Source: Alphaproteobacteria bacterium (lineage in GTDB: Bacteria; Pseudomonadota; Alphaproteobacteria; JAAXGF01). From it: a DNA stretch of 64,000 nt. The notes beneath the pieces were generated by a model that searched no databases, was not told the origin of the DNA, and worked only from the letters and a program-made list of their open reading frames with translations. The stretch is taken from contig CAUVXB020000001.1 in NCBI GenBank assembly GCA_963555825.3, positions 128,001-192,000 on the forward strand, given 5' to 3'. Of this stretch, positions 19,503-29,505 are shown in pieces; within the stretch, counting starts at the first letter, position 1, and the number at the start of each line of letters is the position of its first letter. The position numbers were made by a program, and so were the translations under genes.

Positions 19503-19976
19503 CTAATATCCGGTTGTCACCTCGAGCAGGATGTTGTCGGGGTCGCGCAGGTAGACCGAGCCGCCGCCGTCGAAGCGATGCAGGTCGTGGCTGATCGCCT
19601 TCGCTTCGAGCGTCGCGACGAGCGCGTCAAGCTGATCGGCGGTCGCCTTGAGCGCGACGTGGTGCATGCTGCCGATGCCGCGCTTGGTCGGCGCCGGCCC
19701 GTGCTCGGGGAAGTCGAAGAAGGCGAGTTGGTTGCCGCCGCCCATGTCGAGGAAGATATGCGTCGAGGTCGGGTCGTCGTGGTTGGTGATGACGTTGACC
19801 AGGCGCATGCCCATGACCTCGGTGTAGAAGCGGATGGTCGTGTCCATGTCCGTGCAGATCAGCGCCAGATGGTCGACGCCGCCAGTGGCAACGGGTTGCC
19901 CTGTTGATTCCGACAGGTAGCGCGCTTTGAGCGCTTCGCGTCGCGCCAGATATTCGCTCGGCTCGGTCATTGTCAT
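19503..19976 (-). CDS. VOC/glyoxalase family protein
   Basis: GVDHLAL, FYTEVMG, MHHVAL, SVYLRDPDNILLE; GGAG RBS. Confidence 0.92.
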   Translation of the reverse strand: MTMTEPSEYLARREALKARYLSESTGQPVATGGVDHLALICTDMDTTIRFYTEVMGMRLVNVITNHDDPTSTHIFLDMGGGNQLAFFDFPEHGPAPTKRGIGSMHHVALKATADQLDALVATLEAKAISHDLHRFDGGGSVYLRDPDNILLEVTTGY

Positions 19977-20099
19977 GCTCCCTTGCGCCGCTCCGTCGAA
20001 CCACAAGGTGCCCGTTGCGGGCCGTCGGTTCAATAGCCGCGTGGTTGGCGCCGCGCGGTCGTGATATCCTGGACGGCGGAATAGGGTAGGGAGGATACC

Positions 20100-21020
20100 A
20101 TGGGCGAGGGCGTGGCCTTCGTCGACGGCGCCTATATCGACGCCGACGACGCCAAACTGTCGATCTTCGACCTCGGTTTCATCCGTTCCGACGTCGTCTA
20201 CGACGTGGTGTCGACGTGGAAGGGCCTGTTCTTCCGGCTCGACGACCACATCGCGCGCTTTGGGCGGAGCTGCCAGGGTATCCGCATCGAATGCCCGTAT
20301 TCGGGCGACGAGATCAAGCGCATCGTCGCCGAATGCACGCACCGCGCGGGTCTCGAGGACGCCTATGTCAAGATGTTCATAACGCGCGGCCGTTTCGCCT
20401 CGCCATCGAACCGCGACATCCGGACCTGTATCCCGACTTTCATGGCCTACGCGGTCCCCTATGTCTGGATCGCGAGGCCCGAGAAGCAGGACCGCGGCCT
20501 TCATCTGGTCATCGCCGAGCGACAGCGCATCCCCGATGAATCAGTCGACCAGCGCTACAAGAATTTTCACTGGGGCGACTTGACGGGCGGCGTCTTCGAG
20601 GCGCTCGACGCGGGCGCCGACAACGCCGTCTTGTGCACGCCGTCGGGCCTGCTCGCCGAGGGTCCGGGCTTCAACGTCTTCGTCATCAAGGATGGCTCGC
20701 TGGCGACGCCGCGCCGCAACATGCTCGAAGGCATCACGCGCCAGACCGTGTTCGACCTCGCTGCCGAGATCGGCGTGCCGGCCGAGGCCGCCGACCTGCC
20801 GCCCGGGGCGCTCCGCGAGGCCGACGAGGCGTTCATCTGCTCGACCGCGGGCGGCATCATGCCGGTCGGCCGGGTCGACGACCGCGTCTTCCGCGACGGC
20901 GGGCCGGGACCGATCAGCACGCGGCTGCGCGAACTCTACTGGCAGAAGCGCGAGGCCGGCTGGCTCGGCACCCCGATCACCGAGCTTCTGGGCGACGACG
21001 CGGTGGCGCAGACCGCGTGA
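20100..21020 (+). CDS. Fold-type IV aminotransferase, (R)-amine-transaminase-like
   Basis: DLGFIRSDVVYDVVSTW, FFRLDDH, KNFHWGDL, EGPGFN, LEGITR, STAGG. Confidence 0.88.
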   Translation: MGEGVAFVDGAYIDADDAKLSIFDLGFIRSDVVYDVVSTWKGLFFRLDDHIARFGRSCQGIRIECPYSGDEIKRIVAECTHRAGLEDAYVKMFITRGRFASPSNRDIRTCIPTFMAYAVPYVWIARPEKQDRGLHLVIAERQRIPDESVDQRYKNFHWGDLTGGVFEALDAGADNAVLCTPSGLLAEGPGFNVFVIKDGSLATPRRNMLEGITRQTVFDLAAEIGVPAEAADLPPGALREADEAFICSTAGGIMPVGRVDDRVFRDGGPGPISTRLRELYWQKREAGWLGTPITELLGDDAVAQTA

Positions 21021-22159
21021 GGCGGCGGCGCGGCGGCGTCGCCGGTCGCGGAAAATCATCCGATCATGCGATCCAACGCGCATTCGAAGTCGATGTTCCT
21101 GGTCGGTGTCGCGTTAATCGTGACGGTCCCTTTACCGAGCCATGGCGACGACCTCGATCTCGACCACCATGTCCTCGAAGGCGAGGTAGGGCAAGGGTAT
21201 GCCGGTCGAGGCCGGGCCGGGCTCGGTGAAACTTGCTGAGCGGATGCGCAGGTTTTCGTGCAGCGCATCGGCGCCGCAGCCGGCAGTATAGAAGGCGCCG
21301 ACCTTGACGACGTCGTCGAGCTCGGCGCCGAACAGGGCCAGCACCTTGGCGATGTTGTCCATCGAGGTCCTGGTCTGGGCGACCATGTCGCCCGGGTCGA
21401 TGACTGCGGCCTCGGGCGTCAGCGAGACTTGACCGCCGACATAGATCATGTTGCCGCATTTGAGGCCGTGTTTGTAGGGCAGGTGGGTCGGCCAGTCCCA
21501 GTGACCCTCGGGCCAGGCATGCTCGCGCGGCAGGCGTTCGCCGTCCTCGCCCCGCATGGCGATGATCTCCATGCGCGCCATCAGGCCCTCGGGCACGAAC
21601 CCGGGTACCGGCAGGCCGGTTGCCGCTGGGCCGGGCTCGCTGAAGAAGCCCGCCCGCACCTTCGCCGCGTCTTGCCACTCGGCCGCGGTACCACCGGCGG
21701 CGTAGTACATGCGAAAGCGGACCGCGTCGTCGTGGTCGGCGCCCAATTCGGCGAGCACCGCGCCGATGTTACGCAGCAGAAGCTCGCTCTGGCCCAGGAT
21801 GTCGCCTGGCGCGACCACGGCGCCCGAGGCGTCGCGCGCCGACTGGCCAGAGACGAAAATCATCTCGCCGCAGCGCGCGCCGTGGACGAAGGGTGCGGGC
21901 AACGGCGCCAGGCCGTCTGGGTTGGCCGTGGTGCGCGCGAGCCGTTCGCCGCCGGAGCCCCGCATGGCCGTGGCCTCGATCTCGACCAACATGCCCTGGT
22001 AGGCGAGATAGGGCAGCGATACGGCGGTGATCGCAGGCGCCGCGCCGTCCGGCAGCGCCGCACCGACGCTGGCCAGGAAGGCGTCCTCGTCGACGCTGCC
22101 GTCGTTGGCGTAGAAGGCGGTGAGCATGACCACGTCGGCGAGGTCGGCGCCGAAGCCCT

Positions 22160-23281
22160 CTAGTGTCCCGATTCCGAAGTTCGCATGATTTTCGCCTGCT
22201 GTTCAGCGATTTCGATTGTTCGGAGGCAGAAGCGCTGGATGGCGCCGAGGATGTCATCGGCGGATTTGGTCCATTTGAAGGGTTTGGGGTTCTGGTTTGT
22301 CGTGTCGATGTAGTCGAGGATGGTGCGCTCCAACTCCTTGGTGGAGCGATGGACGCCGCGCCTGATCTGCTTGTCGGTCAGCAGCCCGAACCAGCGCTCG
22401 ACCTGGTTCAGCCAGGAGGCGCTGGTGGGTGTGAAATGGGCCTGCCAGCGCGGCCGTTTGGCGAACCAGTCGCGGATCGCCTTGGTCTTGTGGGTCCCGT
22501 AGTTGTCCATGACGATGTGGATGTCGAGATCAGCAGGGACGTTCGCCTCGACGAGGTCGAGGAATTTGCGGAACTCTCGGGCCCGATGGCGCGGGAAACA
22601 TTTGCCGATGATCTCTCCCGTGGCGATGTCGAGGGCCGCGAAGAGAGAGGTCGTGCCGTGGCGCTTGTAGTCGTGGCTGCGCCGCTCCGCCTGCCCGGGG
22701 CGCATCGGCAAGAGGGGCTGGGAACGGTCCAGGGCCTGGATCTGGCTCTTTTCGTCGACACAGAGAACCAGGGCACGATCCGGCGGCGCCAAATACAGAC
22801 CGACGATGTCGCGGACCTTCTCCACGAAGAAGGGATCGCTCGACAGCTTGAAGGTCTCCGAGCGATGCGGCTGCAAGCCGAAGGCCCGCCAGATGCGATG
22901 AATGGTCGAGGGCGCGTGGCCGCTCGCCCGCGCCATCGAGCGAAGGCTCCAATGGGTCGCGTCCGGCGGCGTCTCTTCCAGCGTCAGCCGGACCGCTTCC
23001 GCGATGGCGTCATCGCCGATTTGACGCGGCGCGCCGGGGCGGGGTTCGTCGTACAGACCGTCGAGGCCCTCCGCCGCATAGCGGCGACGCCACTTGCCCA
23101 CGGTGTCCGCGCTCGCCTCGAGACGAACGGCGATCTCCTTGTTCTCCAACCCTTCCGCCGCCGCCAAGACGATCCGAGCCCGCCGCGCAAGCCCCTGCGA
23201 CGTCTTGCGACGACGAGACAGCGCCTCCAATTCGGCGCGCTCGTCATCGCTCAAAGAGATCGTCACCGCCACTCTCGCCAT
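22160..23281 (-). CDS. IS630 transposase
   Basis: [37 protein letters not shown]; stop codon completed by the target site. Confidence 0.95.
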   Translation of the reverse strand: MARVAVTISLSDDERAELEALSRRRKTSQGLARRARIVLAAAEGLENKEIAVRLEASADTVGKWRRRYAAEGLDGLYDEPRPGAPRQIGDDAIAEAVRLTLEETPPDATHWSLRSMARASGHAPSTIHRIWRAFGLQPHRSETFKLSSDPFFVEKVRDIVGLYLAPPDRALVLCVDEKSQIQALDRSQPLLPMRPGQAERRSHDYKRHGTTSLFAALDIATGEIIGKCFPRHRAREFRKFLDLVEANVPADLDIHIVMDNYGTHKTKAIRDWFAKRPRWQAHFTPTSASWLNQVERWFGLLTDKQIRRGVHRSTKELERTILDYIDTTNQNPKPFKWTKSADDILGAIQRFCLRTIEIAEQQAKIMRTSESGH

Positions 23282-23341
23282 CAATCGCGCCTCCTAAAAA
23301 CAAATAGAGACATAATCATATCAATTTATCGATCAGGACAC
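22163..23341 (-). mobile_element. IS630-family element inserted at CTAG (TA duplication)
   Basis: CTA|GTGTCCCGAT ... ATCAGGACAC|TAG. Confidence 0.95.
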
Positions 23342-23634
23342 TAGCACCCGGCCCATGTATGCCATGACCTCGCCCGTCTGGGTCTCGAGATCGCCCGAAT
23401 GGCGAACGTTACCCGCCGAATCGAGATCGACCTGGCCGCCGACGAAGATCATCTCGCCACAACGCAGCCCGTGCTTGTGCGACAGGTGGATCTGCCAATC
23501 CCAGTGCCCCTCGGGCCATGAGTGCGTGCGCGCCAACGTCATGTTTCGTCCTCCCGATGCTCCTGAAACACGAAAATCGTCCCGGATGGGCCGCTCGGTG
23601 TCGTCCGTTCGATCACGCTCTCGCGATAGAAGCC

Positions 23635-23796
23635 CTAGGCCGGCTTCTCCTCGGTGGTGTCGTCGGGTGACGCCACGTCGCGTGATTTACGGGCCCTGGC
23701 GCAGGCGCAGGCGGCGGTCGCGCCGATCGCGATGCCGATGACGATGCCCTTGGCGAGCGCCGCGGCGGCGACGGCGGGAAGCAGCAACAGGCGCAT
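23635..23796 (-). CDS. 53-aa small hydrophobic protein (absent from the ORF track)
   Basis: AGGAGG 8 nt upstream of ATG; GC3-rich codons; MRLLLLPAVAAAALAKGIVIGIAIGATAACACARARKSRDVASPDDTTEEKPA. Confidence 0.7.
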   Translation of the reverse strand: MRLLLLPAVAAAALAKGIVIGIAIGATAACACARARKSRDVASPDDTTEEKPA

Positions 23797-23917
23797 GGGA
23801 TGAACCTCCTGTCGGTGTCTGGGTGTCAGCGCCGACCATCGTGGCCCCTGTAGCGTGGTCGTGGCAAGCTAGGTCTTGTCGCGGTCGACAATGGCCGCAT
23901 TCAGATAGGAGGGCACG

Positions 23918-24211
23918 ATGGCAACCTTCATCGGGTTGGTGAACTACACAGACCAAGGCATCCGTTCGGTCAAGGACGCCATCGAGCGCGCCGGCGCGGC
24001 GCGCCAGACGCTGGCCGATATGGGTGGCGAGTTCCGCGATTATTTCCTCACCATGGGGGCGCATGATTTCGTCATCATCTTCGACGCGCCGAGCGATCGG
24101 GTGGCGGCGACGTTTCTGCTCGGCCTCGGCCAGGCCGGCAACGTGCGGACGACGACGCTCAAGGCGTTCACCGAAGCCGAGTTCCACGACATCGTCGCCG
24201 ATCTGCCCTAA
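23918..24211 (+). CDS. GYD-domain protein
   Basis: YTDQGI..VKD, TMGAHD, GNVRTTTLKAF; GGAGG RBS. Confidence 0.92.
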   Translation: MATFIGLVNYTDQGIRSVKDAIERAGAARQTLADMGGEFRDYFLTMGAHDFVIIFDAPSDRVAATFLLGLGQAGNVRTTTLKAFTEAEFHDIVADLP

Positions 24212-25681
24212 CAGCCCGTTGACGAATTCTTCCCTGGACGAAGTCGGCATGGTCTGATTCTCTGGTGTCCTGGCCTGAAGGGGGGTTCGCTGATGGCGAT
24301 GGGACAGCAGAAGGATCGTCAGGGGGACTTGATGGTGAGCTGGTCGGAGATGCCGCGCTCGCCAGGTCATGTATTTTACGACCGCCTGCAGTTGGTACTG
24401 ATCGAGGGCGGCTTCGACGGCTTCGCCGAGGCGGTCTGCCAGCCCTATTACGCGGCCAGGATGGGGGCGCCTTCGGTGCCACCCGGGCGCTACTTCCGTA
24501 TGCACCTGGTGGGCTACTTCGAGGGTATCGACTCTGAGCGTGGGCTGGAGTGGCGGTGCTCGGATTCCCTGTCGCTACGGGAGTTCCTGCTGTTGGAGAG
24601 GCGGGAACGGGTGCCGGACCATTCCTGGCTGTCACGGACCCGCGCGCGCCTGCCCCATGAAGTCCACACGGCGGTGTTTGACTGGGTCCTGGCGCTGATC
24701 GCCGAGGCGGGTCTGGTGAAGGGCGAGCGCATCGGGGTGGATGCCTCGACCATGGAGGCCAACGCGGCGCTGCGCAACATCGTGCGGAGGGACACGGGCG
24801 AGGGTTACCGGGGGATGCTGGAGCGCTTGGCCCAGGAGAGCGGTATCGAGACACCCACGGCTGAGGACCTGGCGCGTCTGGACCGCAAGCGCAAGGGCAA
24901 GAAGCTCTCGAACCAGGACTGGGTTTCCAGGAGCGACCCCGAGGCCAAGATCGCCAAGATGAAGGACGGCACCACGCACCTGGCCTACAAGCCCGAGCAC
25001 GCGGTGGATCTGGACACCGGCGCGGTGGTGGCGGCGGAGCTGCACCCGGCCGACGAGGGCGATACGACAACGCTTCCCAAGACCCTGGCGGCGGCCGAGG
25101 CAAACCTCGAGGCGGTGGATGTGGCGCCGACGGCCGAAGATCCGGCCGAATGTGTGACCGATAAGGGCTACCACTCACGGTTGGTCTTGAAGGCGCTCGA
25201 CGACGGCCCCTGGAAGAGCCGGATCTCCGAGCCCAAGCAGAAGGGTTTTGCGCGCTGGCACGGAGATGATGCGGCTCGCCGGGCGGTCACCAACAACCGG
25301 ACCCGGCTGTTATCGGGGGTGGCCAGGGAAGCCTTCAAGCTGCGCGCCGAGATCGTCGAGCGCTCCTTTGCCCACAACCTCGATCGCGGCGGTATGCGCC
25401 GGACCTGGCTTCGGGGCCGCGAGAACGTGCACAAGCGATACCTGCTTCACGTCGCCGGCCACAACCTATCGTTGCTGATGCGCCAACTCATCGGCGCCGG
25501 CACCCCGAAGGAGGCCGTGGCGGGCGGAATTGGCGCCTTGTTCGTGCTTGTTACGCCCGCTGGAGCCGTCCTGGTCGTTCAGATCGTCCTCATCGTCTCG
25601 GAGGATGGCGAAACCGCCTTCGCCGCGATATGCTTCGCCGTGGCGTGAAACCCGGTCAATGACGCCTTTTTCAACGGGCTG
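24212..25681 (+). mobile_element. IS1182-family element
   Basis: TIR CAGCCCGTTGA / TCAACGGGCTG; 4-bp TSD CTAA covering the GYD stop codon. Confidence 0.9.
24293..25648 (+). CDS. IS1182-family transposase
   Basis: GAPSVPPG, SERGL, VPDHSWLSR, VDAS.MEANAA, DKGYHS, VERSFAH. Confidence 0.92.
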   Translation: MAMGQQKDRQGDLMVSWSEMPRSPGHVFYDRLQLVLIEGGFDGFAEAVCQPYYAARMGAPSVPPGRYFRMHLVGYFEGIDSERGLEWRCSDSLSLREFLLLERRERVPDHSWLSRTRARLPHEVHTAVFDWVLALIAEAGLVKGERIGVDASTMEANAALRNIVRRDTGEGYRGMLERLAQESGIETPTAEDLARLDRKRKGKKLSNQDWVSRSDPEAKIAKMKDGTTHLAYKPEHAVDLDTGAVVAAELHPADEGDTTTLPKTLAAAEANLEAVDVAPTAEDPAECVTDKGYHSRLVLKALDDGPWKSRISEPKQKGFARWHGDDAARRAVTNNRTRLLSGVAREAFKLRAEIVERSFAHNLDRGGMRRTWLRGRENVHKRYLLHVAGHNLSLLMRQLIGAGTPKEAVAGGIGALFVLVTPAGAVLVVQIVLIVSEDGETAFAAICFAVA

Positions 25682-25760
25682 CTAAGCGGCCCTGGTCGGC
25701 GTCGCGCGGCGGCCTATTTTAGCTTCAAGGCCGTCTTCGGGCCGTCGACGGAGGCAGACT

Positions 25761-26120
25761 ATGCATCGATACGTCCTCGCCGCCGCGCTGGCGCTGTCAG
25801 TCGCGCGCCCGGCCGCGGCCGAGTTCGCCGACGCGATCAAGGCCTACGACCAGGGCGACTACGCGACGACCTTCGCGGTAACGCGGCCGCTCGCCGAACG
25901 TGGCGATGCGGACGCGCAGTACATGCTCGGCTTTCTCTACGAGCGCGGCGAGGGGGTCGCGCGTGATCTGACCCGCGCGTATGCCTGGTACGGCTTGGCG
26001 GCGCGCCAAAGCGACGCCTTCGCGGCGCAAGCGCTGGCGGAACTTGCGCGGCGCATGAGCGCCGCGGAAATCGCCGAGGCCGAAGCGTTCGCGCGCGCTA
26101 TCGCACCCGCCGGCGACTAG
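25761..26120 (+). CDS. Secreted Sel1-like repeat protein
   Basis: Signal peptide; AERGDADAQYMLGFLYERGEGVARD. Confidence 0.9.
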   Translation: MHRYVLAAALALSVARPAAAEFADAIKAYDQGDYATTFAVTRPLAERGDADAQYMLGFLYERGEGVARDLTRAYAWYGLAARQSDAFAAQALAELARRMSAAEIAEAEAFARAIAPAGD

Positions 26121-26675
26121 CCGGTGCCGTCGGCCGAGATCTGGCGGATACCGAAATTGCCCTTCGGCGTGATGATCGAGAGACCGGCGAAGGGATCGCG
26201 CAGCCGGCTGTCGAGCGTCTCGAGCACCAGCACGCCGTCGACCAGCACCGACATCGTGCCGTCGGTCGCGCGCCGCCATTCGAGGTCGTGAATGCGGCCG
26301 TCCTCGAGCCCGACGTCGAGGGTCTGCTTCGCGATGGTCGCCGAGCCGCGCGAGGAGACCCGCAACAACTTGATCTTTGAATTTTTGCCCGCGACGTAGA
26401 CGAGGCGGTAGCCGATCGCGCGGTCGTTGCCCTGATAGGGACCGATCGAGAGTCTTCCCGGTTTGCCCGGCTTGCGCAGCGACGCCAAATGGACCTTGAT
26501 CACGAAGGCGTTGGTGATCGGCACGCGAAGATAGATTTCGGAACTTGTCGCCGACGCGGTTTCGTTGGCTCCGTCGCCGCCCGGTTGCTTGAGGATCTCG
26601 CCGAGGATGGCGCCGAGCAACTGCTTCGCGCTGTCGTCTTTTTTCGTGGTCGCCGCTTTCTTGGGCGGTTTGAAC

Positions 26676-27780
26676 CTTGCCTATCCGGTTTACACCCACA
26701 CCCACTAGGGCTAGAATGGGCGCAAACCGGATATAGGGGAGCGCGCCATGGATGTTCTCGACCGCGCCGATCTCCCATTCCCGCATTCGCTACCCGAGTT
26801 CCAGCGACTTTTCCCCGATGATGCGGCCTGCGCCGCCTACCTGGAGAAAGCCCGCTGGGGAGACGGCTTTGCCTGCCCGCACTGCGGCACGGCGGGAGAG
26901 CCGTTCCACTTTGAAAACCGCCCTGGCGTCCTGCGCTGCCGCAAGTGCCGCCAGAACACCGGGCTGACGGTGGGAACAGTGATGGAGCGTAGCCACACTC
27001 CGCTGAACGTCTGGTTCTGGGCCGCTTATCTGGTCGCCAGTCAGACGCCCGGCATGTCCGCCGTGCAGTTTCAGCGGCAACTTGGTCTTTCGCGCTACGA
27101 GACGGCCTTTCAAATTCTCCACAAGCTCCGCTCGGGCATGGTGCGGCCCAACCAAGACAGGATCGGTGGACAGCCCAAGAACCATGTTGAGGTGGACGAA
27201 ACCTGGGTTGGCGGGCGAACGCGTGGGGAAGGCCGTGGTGTTCACCACAAGGTTCTCGTCTCCTGTGCCATCGAGGTGCGTCATCGAAAGCCGGGCACCA
27301 AGCTCGACAACCGGAAAGACGGACGCTATGCCGGACGCGTTCGGCTCGCCGTCGTGCTCGACCGTAGCGCCGAGTCGCTCTGTGGGTTCGTCGAGAGCAC
27401 CGTCGCGCCGGGATCGCTGATCGTTACTGACGATTGGAGCGGCTATGCTGGCCTCGGTAAGCGCGGCTATGAGCACTTCGCTGTTGCCGAGTGTGGTGAT
27501 CCAGAGGTTGCCGAGCAATACCTGCCGATCATCCATCTGGTTTTCGCCAACCTGAAGACGTGGCTGATCGGTATCCACCACGGCGTTAGCCACCAGCACC
27601 TACAAGCCTACCTCAACGAGTTCACCTTCCGCTTCAACAGGCGGTTCTACCCGTTCAACGCCTTCCGCTCATTGCTCGGCATCGCGGGCGACACCTCTGC
27701 TCCAACCTATGCCGAGCTTTACTCGGGAGAGTGGCGGCACCCTACATGTAGCGGTCATGGGCGTTAACCGGATAGGCAAG
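26676..27780 (+). mobile_element. IS1595-family element
   Basis: TIR CTTGCCTATCCGGTT / AACCGGATAGGCAAG; 8-bp TSD GTTTGAAC. Confidence 0.95.
26748..27767 (+). CDS. IS1595 transposase
   Basis: CPHCG...CRKC zinc ribbon, VEVDETW, TDDW, YLNEFTFRFNRR. Confidence 0.95.
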   Translation: MDVLDRADLPFPHSLPEFQRLFPDDAACAAYLEKARWGDGFACPHCGTAGEPFHFENRPGVLRCRKCRQNTGLTVGTVMERSHTPLNVWFWAAYLVASQTPGMSAVQFQRQLGLSRYETAFQILHKLRSGMVRPNQDRIGGQPKNHVEVDETWVGGRTRGEGRGVHHKVLVSCAIEVRHRKPGTKLDNRKDGRYAGRVRLAVVLDRSAESLCGFVESTVAPGSLIVTDDWSGYAGLGKRGYEHFAVAECGDPEVAEQYLPIIHLVFANLKTWLIGIHHGVSHQHLQAYLNEFTFRFNRRFYPFNAFRSLLGIAGDTSAPTYAELYSGEWRHPTCSGHGR

Positions 27781-28704
27781 GTTTGAACCAGACGTGCAGT
27801 CCAAGATCGGCCTCGACCTGGAAATTACCCGTGGCGACTCGCCACGCCGGGGCCCTGTCGAAGTCGCCGTCCCGGAAATCGTCCGAGAACAGCGCCACGG
27901 GCCACGGCCAGTCGTAGCGCTGGATCAGGTCGCGCAGCTGCGCGATGACAGAGCGGTCGGCCGCGCGTGTGCGCTCGGCTTCGTCGGTGATGCCGCGCAA
28001 TTCGTCGAGCGCGGCGGCGAGTTTGGCCGCGTCGTCGTCGGGCGCCAATTCGGCGGCGCTCGGCGCCGGCGTCGCGCCGGTCTCGGCTTCGGCCATTTCC
28101 TCGGACGGCGTGGTCAGGTCCGTGAGTGTCGCAGCGCGTTGCTCAGCGGTCTCGACCTCCTGCTTGCTCAGCAATTTCGAGACCAGATTGCGCGCCGAGG
28201 CGGCCTCGGAATGACCGTTGGTGTCGGCCACATCGTACCAGGCGTAGGCCTCGACCATGTCCTTCTCGACACCGGCGCCGTAGCGGTACAGCGTACCCAA
28301 GTTGAACTGCGCCTGGGCATTGCCCTGCTTGGCGGCCTTGGCGTACCACAACGCGGCTTCCTTGTAGTCGCGTTTGACGCCTTGGCCATTCTGGTGCATG
28401 ACGCCCATGATGACCTGAGATTCGTCATGACCCGCCTCGGCGATCGGTCCGCAGATGTTCAGTGCCGAGAGGTAATCGCCGTCGTTGTAGGCGCGCTCGC
28501 AACGGAACGCATCGTACGGATCGACCGCGGCCCGAGCGGCCGAGACGACGGCCGTCCCGACGGCGAGAACCGCGCCAAGGGCTAAGTATGTCTGTATGCG
28601 GCGCATGCCATTCTCCCTGGATGTTTCTGGTCAGCGTAGCGTCTGGGTCGTACCGTGTCACGCGCCGCGGCCGCGCCACGGGTCTGGCGGTAGGGGGAGG
28701 GACG

Positions 28705-29502
28705 ATGACTGACGACGGCGGAATCCACGTGCAGCCGCTCGAAAGCACGGTCGCCGTGCTGACCGGGGGCACTTCCGGCATGGGCTTGGAAAGCGCGGCG
28801 CAGCTCGCCGAGGCCGGCGTTCCGGCGATCGTCGTCAACGGCCGCGACGCCGCGCGCGGCGCGGCGGCCGTCGAGGCGGTTCGCGCCCGGGCGCCCGGCG
28901 CCGACGTTCGGTTCATCGCCGCCGACGTGACCGACGCGCGGCAAGCCGCGGCGCTGGTCGAGCAAGCCGTTGCCGAATTCGGCCGCCTCGACCTGCTGGT
29001 CAACGCGGCGGGCGGCGACTTTCCGCCCAAGCTGTTCCACCAGACCGACGCCGGGGAATTTGCGCCGTTGCTCAGCCATATCATGATGGGCGCGCTCTAT
29101 TGCAGCCGCGCGGCGTTGCCGGCGATGACGCGGCAGCGCGGCGGCGCGATCGTCAACATCGCCTCCGACGCGGCCAAGGTGGCGACGCCGGGCGAGGCGG
29201 TGATCGGCGCGGCCATGGCGGGCCTCGCCATGTTCACCCGGACGCTCGCCATCGAGGCCAAGCGCATCGGCGTCCGCGTCAACTGTCTGACGCCGTCGAT
29301 CGTCGGCGGCACCCGGTCGTATGACATGCTGATGGCCGACGCCTTCAGCGCCCGGCTGTTCGACAAGGCCATCAAGGCGGCGCGCCTCGGCGTCGTGACG
29401 CCGGCCGATATCGCACCGATGATCGTCTATCTGGCATCGCCCGCGGCGGCGCGGCTGACCGGCCAGACGATCAGCATCAATGGCGGCATCTCGGCCGGCT
29501 GA
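28705..29502 (+). CDS. SDR-family oxidoreductase
   Basis: TGGTSGMG, LVNAAG, NIASDAAK, VRVNCL. Confidence 0.92.
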   Translation: MTDDGGIHVQPLESTVAVLTGGTSGMGLESAAQLAEAGVPAIVVNGRDAARGAAAVEAVRARAPGADVRFIAADVTDARQAAALVEQAVAEFGRLDLLVNAAGGDFPPKLFHQTDAGEFAPLLSHIMMGALYCSRAALPAMTRQRGGAIVNIASDAAKVATPGEAVIGAAMAGLAMFTRTLAIEAKRIGVRVNCLTPSIVGGTRSYDMLMADAFSARLFDKAIKAARLGVVTPADIAPMIVYLASPAAARLTGQTISINGGISAG

Positions 29503-29505
29503 GCG

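Larger units (their letters stand above)
21132..23542 (-). pseudogene. Three-domain RidA/YjgF-family protein interrupted by IS630 (rebuilds to 409 aa)
   Basis: Three GxRCGxMIxVxGQ...VEIE-type repeats; GRVL|EGFGAD rejoins in frame. Confidence 0.9.
26117..28606 (-). pseudogene. Secreted Sel1-repeat protein with a beta-rich C-terminal domain, interrupted by IS1595 (rebuilds to 458 aa)
   Basis: AAKQGNAQAQFNLG; HVWFK|PPKKAATT rejoins in frame. Confidence 0.88.
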
